The notes under the pieces are model-generated. The model ran no database searches and had not been told where the DNA came from. It saw only the letters and a list, made by a program, of their open reading frames with translations. A DNA stretch of 64,000 bases. It comes from Camelus ferus (Eukaryota). Both the position numbers and the translations under genes were made by a program. Of this stretch, positions 13,261 to 24,425 are shown in pieces; positions within the stretch are counted from its first letter, which is position 1, and every line of letters starts with the position of its first letter. The stretch spans positions 47,306,001-47,370,000 of the forward strand of contig NC_045711.1 in NCBI RefSeq assembly GCF_009834535.1, written 5' to 3'.

Positions 13261-15849
13261 CACAATTCTGCTCCAGGTACACAGTGAATTGTTGACTATA
13301 AATGAGGCACAAGAAGGAGAGGGGTGGCAAAATGGGAGATGGACACTTGTAGCAAAATCTGTCTATTGAGGGGAATGAGGGAAAGGAAATGACCCAAGTC
13401 CTGGGCAGATCTCAGTGGGCTGCGTGGTTCAACTTTGAGGTGAGATAAGAACATGGCAGTGGGCAGTGGTGATCTTGGCAGTTATGTCAGCATAAGACCA
13501 TGGGCACCATTCAGTAAGGAAATATCCAGTAAGTGGGAAATTGAAAGAGCTGGAGTCAAAGGAACAAAAAAAGAGAGGGATCTGGAAGAAAGAAAGTGCC
13601 CTGAATCAGCAAACCTAGGCAGGGCAGAAAATCAGAACTGCTGAATTTTCTGAGACAACTGCATTACTGCTGAATTTCATGCTGGTGAGTCCCAGGCAGA
13701 TGGAGGGTCTCTGCTTCTGGGAAACCCAGGTGGCTGTGCGTTAGGACGAAGTGGGGTTAAAGGGGGCCTGGGATGAAAGTAGGGTGGGATGTCTACCGTT
13801 CAGGGGCTGGATCCCTTTCCCTGTTGCTTTCCAGGGAAAGATGGAAGGAGCTAGGGAGACAAGACAATTGGGTGCCTATAAATAAATGGAAGGGGGGAAT
13901 TCCGTTTCCCACCCAGAGTCAGATCCCTGTGCAGGTGTTAGCACCTTAAGAGCAGCCACTTCGGAAACAGCCAGAGGCCAGCAGGCTGCAGGGAGGAGGA
14001 GGAGGCAGAGAATGCCTAGGGGTCAAATCAGACTTAACCCAGGAATCCAAGTTGCAGGTTCTGTGATAACCGTGAGCCTCTAACTCTGTCCTGGAGGTCG
14101 CTGTGAACTGAGGTGCAAACCCAGCTAAGTCAAGATTTGTAGGCTGAGTGCATGGAGATAAAACCATGTGGAAAAGAGGATTGTCAGTTTAGCCATGGCC
14201 ACAAAAACCCAGAACCGTTCCTAAGAATCTACATCTCAGGGGCCCAAGAGTTGGGAAGGAAATCCGACTGATCAGAAAGTACGATCTCTGACATCTGGGA
14301 GGAGACTCGCGGCTTCCTAAGTGCCCGCCCTTTACCCTGCAGGGCGGCTGTTCTTACCGTATTTCACCCAGGAGGAAACTGAGGCTCACAGCAACCTGAC
14401 CTGCCAGATGAGCTTAGCAAGTGCAGGGCTGGAGCTAGAATTTAGGTCTGTCAACTTCTAGTCCAAAGATCTTTGTGCATATACCTTATTCCAACAAACA
14501 TTTTCTGGGAACCAACTTATTTAATAATTATAACACTACCAACTATAACTTTGATTTGCTATGAGCTTACTAGGGGCCCCACTGAGCTAGATGTTTTAGA
14601 AACATCAATCCCTTTAAGCCCCAGGAAACCCTCCCAATTTGTACCCAGGTTGCCCATATGAGGAAACTGAGTCTTACAAAAGAGGGATTTGCACAGATGA
14701 CTCACACATTGTTTCTGGATATGAGAATGTGTATGTTTAGGGGCAAAATGATCGATCTTCAACTGGCTTGTGGACCTAATTTAGCAGCACTTCGAATTCG
14801 GGAGAGGTAAACCAAGGGTGGTGGAATCGCGGCTGTACAGCCCAAATTGAATCAGCCTAAATTCCGCTCTGGTTGTACGAAATACAGCTGTAAAGACAAA
14901 AACGAAATATAAAAAGCAGACGGCAGAGCGCATAGGGAAAGTCAACAGGCGCAACGAAAAAAATTGGGAAGTTGATCAGAATTCACCACTCAAGAAAAGG
15001 GTCACGTCTAGAGGTCAAAGCGGCGGGTACAAGAGGCACCCAACAGGGAAAGGAGCTTCGTATCCGGGAGCACAGGCCAGCCCGGCGGGGAGGAGGAGAG
15101 ACCCGCGCTGGGTATCTCAGCCAACTCGGATCTTGAGAGATGTTTTTAGGTGGGCGCCGCGAACGCCCTGAAATTCTGCAGAGGGTTGCACTGTGCGTGT
15201 GCATTTATTTTTCTCAAAGGAATCCAAGACCCTTCCCCAAATTTATTAACCTTGGGTTTACTCATTCAGGTGAGAATCAGGAAGGACTGGTGGCAATGGG
15301 GTCCTCAAATCTTTGCAGAAGTGACCTTTCCCAGTGCTATCCGGGCACCTGCCCTAACATTCAGGGTCGGGTGAGCCGGGGAGCTGGCTGAGCACCTCTG
15401 CGTCCCAGAGGGCGCAGGCATTTTTGAGAGGCGGACCTGGGAGGCGCCGGGGTTGCTCCGCAAGGGTAGATGGAGAATGAGAACTGAGGGGGGAGGCAGA
15501 GATGGGCCAGTGGAGTGGGGAGAAGGGAGAAGTTTACCCCCCAAAAATATGAGTGGCCGGAGAAGGAGAGCAGGAAGGCAAGAGAGAGCAAAGGACTCGG
15601 GAAGCTGGTGGTGGTGGTAAGAAGCGGCGGGGGGGAATGCGGAGGGGGAGCAGCGTTTGAGGAACACTTCTGCCCAAGCCTTGGGGTGGACCGGACCCAC
15701 ACTTGGGGCTCAATCCATCTTTTCTCTCAGTTCCGGGGCATTGCTGCCCGGCCAGGGAGGGTGGGTGGAGAGCCTTCGAGGCAAATTGCGCCCTAGGGTG
15801 ACTCGTTATCACCCCCCAGAACCCGCCCCCTCCTCCATTCCCTCAGGGT

Positions 15850-16780
15850 CTGAGTCCAGCGTCCCCGCCAGAGCCAGCCAGCTCGTGGGCAGTTTTCCAC
15901 CCCGGGGGGGGGGGGCCGCAGGCCCTGGGAAACACTCCGCCCAGGCCCCTCGCCCTGGCAGTGGAGGGGCCAGGGAGGAGCGAGGGAGGGGGCGGGGTGC
16001 GACCTAGTTAGCTATCCCTCCCCAATCCCTGCAGGCCCGGCCCCGCTCGGCCTCCGGTCCGGCCGAGCCCGCAAGGGTTAAAGGCGGCCGCAGGTGAGGT
16101 GGGCGGGGCAGCGAATTCGGGGAAAAAGGAGCGCAGCGCCGAGGATGAAGGCAGAGAGCGCGGTGAGTCACGGGCGGAGCTGGCCTCGCTCGCTTGCTCA
16201 CCGGCTCCCGCCCGCCCTCCACTCTCCACCCTCCACCCTCCTGCGGCCTCTCTCCGCCCCTCCTCCGCCGCCCGCCGCCGGGTCTGGTCGCGGCCCCCGC
16301 TGGTCCTCGGCTTCAGCCGCTCACCGCTGGAGAGCCGGCCACCGCGCGGGGCCCAAGAGTGTGGGTCGGTAGCGCGCCAGTCCGCGGTGCCCGAAGCCCG
16401 AGCGCAGCCTCGAGGTAGGAGCCCGGGTCGTAGGGGCGAGGGGCGCGAGCATCGGCGATCGGCTCCGAAAGATGCGCCCGGAACGCGCCATGGCCTCCTC
16501 TGGCCTTGGGGGAGGTGGTCCTAAAGAATCCGAGGGGCTTAGAGCCCCGGCGGAGTGAAAATGGGGCGGATGGGCGAGGTTGGAAACTGGGGAAACTGGA
16601 GCGACTGGGACAACTGGAGGACTAGAACCTTGAGGACCGGGAGTACGGAAGTCCTGACCACCTGAGCGCTGGTGATAGGAGAGGCAGCCGGCGGAAGGGG
16701 GAAGAAAGGTGTCTCTACTCGCCTTACCGCGTTGGGGAGCGGCAAGTCGGGGTACGCGCCCGACTGTTTCCCGTCCCAAG
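15850..16780 (+). promoter_or_regulatory. SP6: CpG-island proximal SP6 promoter with alternative non-coding exon 1 (donor after 16414)
   Basis: Dense CpG and GC boxes, TTAAA near 16078, AP-1 TGAGTCA near 16164, donor GAG|GTAGGA at 16414/16415. Confidence 0.7.
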
Positions 16781-18630
16781 ATCTCAGTAGCAGGCTAGTG
16801 CATCCCAGGACTGCGCCCCCTGGCCCTGTGTCAGGTGAGACCACTCTGGAACCTGGGTTGTTAGCCTCCCCACCCTCTAACCCCTGGGGTTGTTCCCAGG
16901 CGCCGAAATCTAGTAGTGTCCCAGGCCTCACTGCTCCTGCCCAGCCCCTTCTGGGCTGCCCCGCCTGGGCCTGAGGCTCCATTCCTGCTACTTCACCCTG
17001 TTCCTTTCTTGTGGTGAGGAAGCAGGAGCCTGAGTAGGCGCCCCAGTCGCCTTCTCCCTCTCTCTCCCAGACCACAGGGGCTACCTCTCTGGTCCCAGAA
17101 GCAGAACGTGGTAGGGTCATCTGAATCCAGCTTTGGGAAGGAAAAGTCCCTGCCCTAAACCACTGTACCACCCCACCCCACCCCCACCATCAGAGAAGGC
17201 CCAGGCACCAAGGCAGGACTCCCAGGGCTTAGGGATAGGCAGTGAGATGAGGGGGAGCTTCAAGTGACTGATATGTGGTCCAGAAAGGGGTGCATGGAGG
17301 GGTGGAGGGTGCCTTTAGGTTCCCATTGGTTTAGGGAAAGAGTAACAGACTAGGAGTGGAGAGACCTGGTTCACAGAGGTACATACAGTACACATTTGTT
17401 GATAGAATGAATAAATTAATGTATTTTTTTCAAGTGACTTCTTCAAATTCAGCCTCAGTTTCCTCTTCTTTTAAAATAAGAGGACACGGCTGCATGTTAG
17501 AATCATCTGGGGAGCTCCTAAAAATGATCCATGCTGAGAATGCATGGATCGCTACTATATGCTCTCTTTGAGTAGTTCTTCTTAAGTTCTGTGTGATTCT
17601 GGCTTTTCCTATTGCCCTCCACTTCCCCCACTCAGTCCCTGCATCCTTTCAGGGGGTGGCAATTTTATTTTCCTCAGCTGCTGGTAAGCTCTTCTCTGGC
17701 TGACCTCTTTCTCTGGAGGAACAGAGCCCACCTAGCTTCACATCAGCATCTCTAGATTGGAAGAGGGCAGGGCTAGCAGCCAGGGAGCTGGCTGAGTGTG
17801 GGTCAGGATAGGGAAGGGAGCTTAGCTTTCTCTGGTGGGGAGAATTCCTCTGGAAACTGGCACTGTAGCTGCACCCCAGGGAGGTGAAGTCCCCACTAGA
17901 GGAAAAGGGGTGGGGGCCAGGCATGGGAGTGGGTTTGCTGGGGCCGAGGCAATCCAGCCAGGCAGGTCGCTGGGGGGAGTGGTGTAAAGCAGTGAAATGC
18001 TCTTCACTGAACATGTCTCAGGGATGAAAGGAAGGCTTTCTCCAAAATCTCTGAACCTCCTTTGGGCTTCAGGAAGTTGGGTCACTTCAAGCTTCAGATT
18101 TCAGAAACAGACAATCTCCCTCTCCCCAACTGTGTTCTAAGTTAAACTGGGGAAGCTGAGATGGGTCTAGGAATCCCATTTGGGCTGGCAGCTAGTCTAT
18201 GGGGGTGGGGGAAATGCCACCACCCCTGTGCCGGCCTGGGCAGCTAGGGTGGGGATGGTTCTAACACTGTACTGTAGGTGTATCCGATCTACCAGCCTGG
18301 GACTAACCCAATACCTAGGATGAGGTGGGTCTTATAGGAGGGATCACCTAGGGGAAGGTAGTCTCCCATTATCCTCTGCATGGTGGAGAGCCTCACACCT
18401 TCAACCCTTCCTAGCACTTCCAAATTCTCTTAACTGATCTTTAGTCCCCACCTAGAGGTGCCTTCCTCTTTTTACCTGGGGGTGGGAAAGGAGCACTCTG
18501 TGGCGAGGGTGACCTGGGCTAAGTCAGAAATTAAGCCGGTTACTTTCCACACTTCACCTCTTCTTTGCCCCGTTTAGGTCCCACCTGAGGTGTCCTTGAC
18601 CTTCCCTGTCTCCCACCTCGGATCCCGGCA

Positions 18631-19761
18631 ATGCTAACCGCTGTCTGCGGCTCTCTGGGCAGCCAGCACACGGAAGCTCCTGCTGCCTCCCCACCGCGCC
18701 TCGACCTGCAGCCTCTCCAAACATACCAGGGCCACACGAGCCCGGAGGCCGGGGACTACCCCTCCCCGCTGCAGCCTGGAGAGCTGCAGAGCCTCCCGCT
18801 GGGCCCCGAGGTGGACTTCTCACAGGGCTATGAGCTGCCGGGGGCCTCCTCTCGGGTAACCTGCGAGGACCTGGAAAACGACAGTCCCTTGGCTCCAGGA
18901 CCCTTTTCCAAGCTCCTGCAGCCGGACATGTCACACCACTACGAATCTTGGTTCCGGCCGACACACTCAGGCACCGAGGATGGCTCGTGGTGGGACCTTC
19001 ATCCGGGTACCAGCTGGATGGACCTCCCCCACACTCAGGGCGCGCTCACATCACCTGGCCACCCCGGGGCGCTTCAGGCTGGCTTGGGGGGCTACGTCGG
19101 AGACCACCAGCTTTGTGCCCCGCCGCCCCACCCGCACCCTCACCACCTCCTCCCAGCCGCCGGAGGGCAGCACCTGCTGGCGCCTCCCGACGGGGCGAAG
19201 GCTTTGGAAGCGGCCGCTACGGAATCCCAGGGGCTAGATTCCAGTCTGGATGGGGCGGCCCGGCCCAAAGGCTCCCGGAGGTCAGTGCCCCGCAGCTCAG
19301 GCCAGACCGTGTGCCGCTGCCCCAATTGCTTGGAGGCGGAGCGACTGGGGGCTCCGTGCGGGCCAGATGGGGGCAAGAAGAAGCATTTGCACAATTGCCA
19401 TATCCCGGGCTGCGGGAAAGCCTACGCCAAGACGTCACACCTNNNNNNNNNNNNNNNNNNNNNNNNNNNNNNNNNNNNNNNNNNNNNNNNNNNNNNNNNN
19501 NNNNNNNNNNNNNNNNNNNNNNNNNNNNNNNNNNNNNNNNNNNNNNNNNNNNNNNNNNNNNNNNNNNNNNNNNNNNNNNNNNNNNNNNNNCGGGTCTTCA
19601 TGCGCAGCGACCACCTGGCCAAACACATGAAAACCCACGAAGGCGCCAAAGAGGAGGCTGCCGGGGCAGCAGCGGTGGGCGAGGGCAAGGCCGGCGGAGC
19701 GGAGCCCCCCGGGGGCAAAAGCAAGCGCGAGACAGAGGGCAGCGGGGCTCCCTCCAACTGA
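18631..19761 (+). CDS. SP6: Transcription factor Sp6 (epiprofin/KLF14 alias), single coding exon, 376 aa
   Basis: ORF MLTAVCGSLGSQHTEAP...; buttonhead box CRCPNC (19312-19329); C2H2 fingers beginning HNCHIPGCGKAYAKTSH and ending RVFMRSDHLAKHMKTH. N block 19443-19590 plus the preceding 'ct' is exactly 50 codons, which restores the 376-aa length. Exon acceptor tttag|GTC at 18577/18578. Confidence 0.98.
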   Translation: MLTAVCGSLGSQHTEAPAASPPRLDLQPLQTYQGHTSPEAGDYPSPLQPGELQSLPLGPEVDFSQGYELPGASSRVTCEDLENDSPLAPGPFSKLLQPDMSHHYESWFRPTHSGTEDGSWWDLHPGTSWMDLPHTQGALTSPGHPGALQAGLGGYVGDHQLCAPPPHPHPHHLLPAAGGQHLLAPPDGAKALEAAATESQGLDSSLDGAARPKGSRRSVPRSSGQTVCRCPNCLEAERLGAPCGPDGGKKKHLHNCHIPGCGKAYAKTSHXXXXXXXXXXXXXXXXXXXXXXXXXXXXXXXXXXXXXXXXXXXXXXXXXXRVFMRSDHLAKHMKTHEGAKEEAAGAAAVGEGKAGGAEPPGGKSKRETEGSGAPSN

Positions 19762-20112
19762 GCTCCTCAGTCCCGCCTCCCCGCTGGTCTTCCTGGGGCC
19801 ATCAGAAGACAGCCCTCTGGCCTGATGCCCTTGGGGGGCGGTTTGAGTAAGAGGAAGGTGGTTATTTATTGAGAGGGAGGAAAAGTGGTGCGGGGTCAGG
19901 GACCCGGGTGCTAGGGGTTTCTTAGTCTCTGGGGCTGGACAGGACGGACGCCTTTGACTGTTTGGCTGGGCCGGGAGGAGCTGCGCATGCCTATCAGTTC
20001 TCCCCTTCCTCGCTATTTCACTCTCGCCCCTGGGCTGGGGGGTGGGGTGGGGTGGAGTCCCCCTACTGCGGCTGGAGGGCGGAGAGGACCGGCTGGAGGA
20101 GACAGGACGTCC

Positions 20113-20202
20113 CCGGAGCAGAGAGGAGTGGGGCCGCCCTAGGCGCTGGGGGCAGCTCCGGAGCAGAGAGGAGTGGGGCCGCCCTAGGCGCTGGGGGCAG
20201 CT
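20113..20202. repeat. Perfect 45-bp tandem duplication in SP6 3'UTR
   Basis: ccggagcagagaggagtggggccgccctaggcgctgggggcagct occurs at 20113-20157 and 20158-20202. Confidence 0.97.
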
Positions 20203-22209
20203 GTCTGGACAAGTCCTTAGTGCCTGAGAACCGGGACATAAAAGGGCCTCCGCCCTGCGGCCCGGGTCCCTTTCATCCCCCTTAGAGTGCTTCTACACCC
20301 CAGGGTTTTTGGAGGGAGAGCTGAGATGGGGTAGCAGAGGCTGGGGGTCCCCCTAAGGGAAGAGTTTGTATCTGGCTGGGAGGGTTGATGCAGAAATAAC
20401 GCCTTTGATGTGTCTCCTTATTAAGCCTTGCAGACCCAGTCTGATGGAGCCATGAAGGAAGAGGGGGAAGAGGGCCAGAACTGGCGACAACTTCCAGTCA
20501 GAACTGTTGGGTGGAAGAAAGAGCCAGATGTGGGGGTTGAGCAAGGAAGTCTCTTCTAGAATGAGAGAAGAGGATTTGGTTAGGGACTGGAACTAAGCCC
20601 TTCCATCTCTACCTTTGATTCAGTCCTTAACTCTTGGTCTTTATGAAAACAAAGTTCAGAAATCCACTCGCCATCTGTCACCCAATGTAGGCCTTCAAGG
20701 CAGCCAGGAGCCCCTGCTCCAGAATTGATGTAGTTTCTCGCTGTAGGTCTCCTAGCATTTGCCTTCCTCTTAGGGATGGAAGGAAGAGGGTTACCTCGGT
20801 TGGGTGGAGGTAGGTGGGAGTAGGCGGAGGTGTCACAGCAGAGGGACCTCCAGGTTCTCGCTTAGAGTTGAGGACTCTGTCCCTACCTGGCCATCTGCTA
20901 AGCCCCACTCTTTAGCCCCACCCTCCCCTTTCCCGCTGGCTACAGCCTTGCCCCTCCTGTAGAGTGTGTTAGGAGGCTCCTCCCGATCTCATCTCTTGGG
21001 GGAAGCTCCCCTTCCATATGAAGAAGTTGTTCTCCCACTGGAAGGGGTCTGTCTTCTGAAGGGATGTCCAGGAAGCTGCCCCTGTTCCTTTCTTTAGATG
21101 CTAGAAATACATCCTGATGGTTATCATGGAGTGGGGAAGAGGGAAGCCCAGCAGAGGCTGATACAGGCTAAAGGAAAGAAGTTGATGGGGAAAGGGTCTG
21201 GCGGGCCACAGGACCCTGGAGCTGGTAGGCTTTCCCAGGCTCCAAGTAGAAGCCTTAAGATTCCCCTCTACCTTCCCTTCCCCTGCCCCTCTTTCTCCAC
21301 CCGGAGCCCTATTGAGGATTAGTTGTGTATTGATTTTTAAGTTATAAGCAAAGGGTATTTTATTTAATATTAGGACATGTGTTTGCATGTTGTGTGTACC
21401 TATGTGTGTTTCTGTGTGTGTGTGTGTGTGTATGTGTGTTTCTCTCTACTGAGCCTGAGGTCTCCAGCCAGGGAGACCCGATCTTGTTCGCCCCGGCCAA
21501 AGTCCTGGAGCCTAGCATCTCTTCCTAACTTGGGGATGCTGGAGCCTAGTCCAAGGACTAGATGTTATTGGGAAGTGGGGCTGGGATCTGGGTGGGAACA
21601 TGTTTGTGTAGAAGGGAGCCCTTCTTAAGAGGGATAGGGTGGCTCTTCCTGAGGGACTCATGGGCCGGGGGTAGTTTAAGAAGTGATGTGCTTTCTTTAT
21701 GCTCCCTCTTTTCCCTACCTCCTGCTACACCGACCTGAGGTCCCTTTCATTGATGAAAGGGTTGGGGGCAGAAGAGAGCTGTAGTGCCTGCAGGTTGCCT
21801 GGCCAGGTGGCGGAGGGGGAGAGAGGGAGGGCGCTGTGGGTGTGGGATGCCTTTTCCCTCCACCCATCGAAACCAGCCACCCCCTCCCTGTGCCACCAGG
21901 ACAGCCTTTCCCAGTGACCATTCTCAGGGAACTCCCGAATGGGTGTTGGTGGAGGGGGGGACATAGATGTTCCCCGCTTGGAGGCCCTGAGCTCTAAGGT
22001 GTGTAGGTGAGGGCTTTGGTTAGGTTTTCTTCTGCTCCCCTCTTTTATAGACCTAAGTTGCTTGGCTGTCTGCCCCTTCTAGGCAGCCCCCTAGAGGAGA
22101 AATGTAGGATTTTTTTTTTTCTTTAACTGCTGTGAACCCACTTTGGGGAGGGGGCCGGGGTGGGGGCGGGGAAGGAGAAGGAAGAAACAGCCTGTGTTTT
22201 TTATGCTAT

Positions 22210-22215
22210 AATAAA
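22210..22215 (+). terminator. SP6: SP6 polyadenylation signal AATAAA (3'UTR about 2.45 kb)
   Basis: AATAAA preceded by a U-rich tract and followed by GU/U-rich sequence. Confidence 0.7.
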
Positions 22216-24277
22216 GTCATCAACCACATCACTGCTTCATTTGTCTTTTAGCTCGGATTTCCTCTTTGACTCAGGGTCCCTCAGCAGCGAGGACCAGGCT
22301 GGCTGCAGGGTGGGGTGGACACTTCTCTTTGATCCTACAGCCCTGGGCAGCCTCCTCCCTTTGTTTGGGGCAGAGCTGAGCTGATGGAAGGGTCTGATCC
22401 TGCCTGGAGGTGGCTGGTGCAGAAGGAGGGTGGAGCTCCCTCGGGGTTGATAGCTGGGCTGCTGTCCCTCCCGGGTCTTTCTTCTTGAAGACAAGAAGGT
22501 TCTAGATATTTCCTTCCTCTTCTACATCGCAAGCCCCCTCTTTCACCTCCCCTGCCAAATGCTGGTTCCCTGTCTTCCTAGAGATGGCTAGCCTCTTGGC
22601 CCCTTCACCCTGCGCCCATGGGGGTGTGTGTGTCAATCAGTCCTTCTGGCTGTGAGTGAGGTGGGGGTGACTGACAGTGATTTCTTCACCCAGGATGATC
22701 CCTATCAGGGACGAGGTGATGAAAGGCAGCCAGGCTATCTGATGGGCTCTGGTCCAGCTGGAAAGTATGAGGGAAAGGTTCCTACTGCAACTCCCAGCTA
22801 GAGATTGGCCACAGTTACACAACCGCGGTGTGCACAGAAGTACCTCACTGGGCACCCTCTGATATGCACAAATACCTGTCTGTACACATGTGCCCAGGCT
22901 GTTCCATGCCTGGTGCACACGCAGTTGGTGCCTAATGCATGTCAAATGAGTAAAAACCTCATGGCTCCTGACCCTCAAATTAGGAAGATTGACAAAGGAT
23001 CAGTTTTTGGCTCCAAGGGTGCAGAGTAAGTTATGTTTTTCCACTTTCCCATCCTGCATCTTGGCCAAAATGATCATCTCCCCTAATGGAATTCGTATTC
23101 CCCCGACTCTAACCCTAACCCAATTGTTCAGAGTAAAATATGATACCCAGGTTGGCCCATCCCATCACTTGTTTGGGAGAGACTGGGGTCACAAAGTTTA
23201 AGGCCACTTTGGGATGGGGGCATCAGAATCATTTAGGGGTTCCAGAGGAGAGTAGACTGTTTAGGGGGGCCAAATATTTGTTTCCATCTGCTGTTGGACT
23301 TAGACACCTGGGTGGAGGAGGGACAGGCATGTTCCCATGACCTCGTGCCCACCCCACTCTTTGGCTCCTCTTTTATCTTCCTGGTTCTGGGAGACTTAGA
23401 CCCCAGGAGTCTGGTGAGCCCTCTCCTCCTCTTCCCCCACCGCTGCCCCCAGGGGCAGGAGGGCAGCTGTGGGGCCGGCTGGGCCTGTCTGGGCAGGGCT
23501 GGGGCCACCCCTCCTCCCCTTGCAGCTCCTCCCGCTGACCTGCATTCTTAGCGGGGGCCTTTGGTGGGGCTCTGACGCTCAGTTGCTGGCCCTGACAGCA
23601 AATGCTGCCTGGCTGGCCCTGCCCCATCCCCCTCCCCCCATGGAGCCCAAGGCCACCTCTGACCCCTCAGTTCTGGCGCCCCTGGGAGGACGAACCTGGA
23701 GGGGCTGAGAAGGAGTTCGGGAAATCAGAGCATCTGGGCTGACCCTCTGGGCGACTTCTCTGAGGCACCATCTCCTCTCCTGGGAAGCGGGAGTAGAATC
23801 CCTCTAGGGTAGATGAGTGAAGTCAGGAATGGGAAAGTGACAGAGGAGCAGGCAGCCTGGGAACTGCAGCCTCGGGCTGTGCTGCGCCGACCCACGTCTC
23901 TCCTGCCTGTCCCTGGCCCGCAGCAGGCAGCCGGGGGAGTGCAGCGGGTGAGCCAGCTTTCCTGCCCGCCGCTTCAGGTCCTCACGTTTGTCAGCACACA
24001 GCCTTGATGTTTATTTCTGGAATGACGTCCAATGGCAACCTCACCTCCCACCCTTGACATCACACCAGAAGCAGCCTTCACTTCCCATTAATCATAGTGA
24101 ATCTGACTGCTCAGTATCTTAGCAGTGTAGGTTTGAAAAGAATCTCAGGAATCAAATAGTCCAGCTGTTCCCACCCCGGTAGAGGGCACATTAGAATCAC
24201 CAATGGAGTTTTTCCAGATGCCCAGATTCACTCCCCCAAATCCCACCAAATTATATCCCTTGGGGGTGCTGCAGTAG

Positions 24278-24425
24278 AGCAGCACTTCTCAGACTGCACC
24301 TGGCAGTCTTGTTAACATGCAGATTCCAATTCAGAAGGTTTGAGGTGGGGCCCAAGATTCTGCATTTTTAACAACCTTCCAGATAATGCTGATGCTGGTA
24401 ACCTTCGAACACTTTGAGAAGAAAA
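24278..24425 (+). mobile_element. MER5A-like hAT element within a MIR/MER5 cluster (about 24080-24560)
   Basis: cagcacttctcagactg...ttgttaacatgcagattccaattcagaaggtttgaggtggggcccaagattctgcatttttaacaa. Confidence 0.75.

Noticed and set aside
16145-16372. 75-codon uORF in the proximal SP6 leader
   Set aside because: The TSS cannot be fixed from sequence and the ATG may be upstream of it; composition is typical of CpG-island noise.
18948-19850. 300-aa alternative-frame ORF overlapping SP6
   Set aside because: Non-ATG start, Arg/Gly/Pro-rich, crosses an N block; expected shadow of a GC-rich exon.
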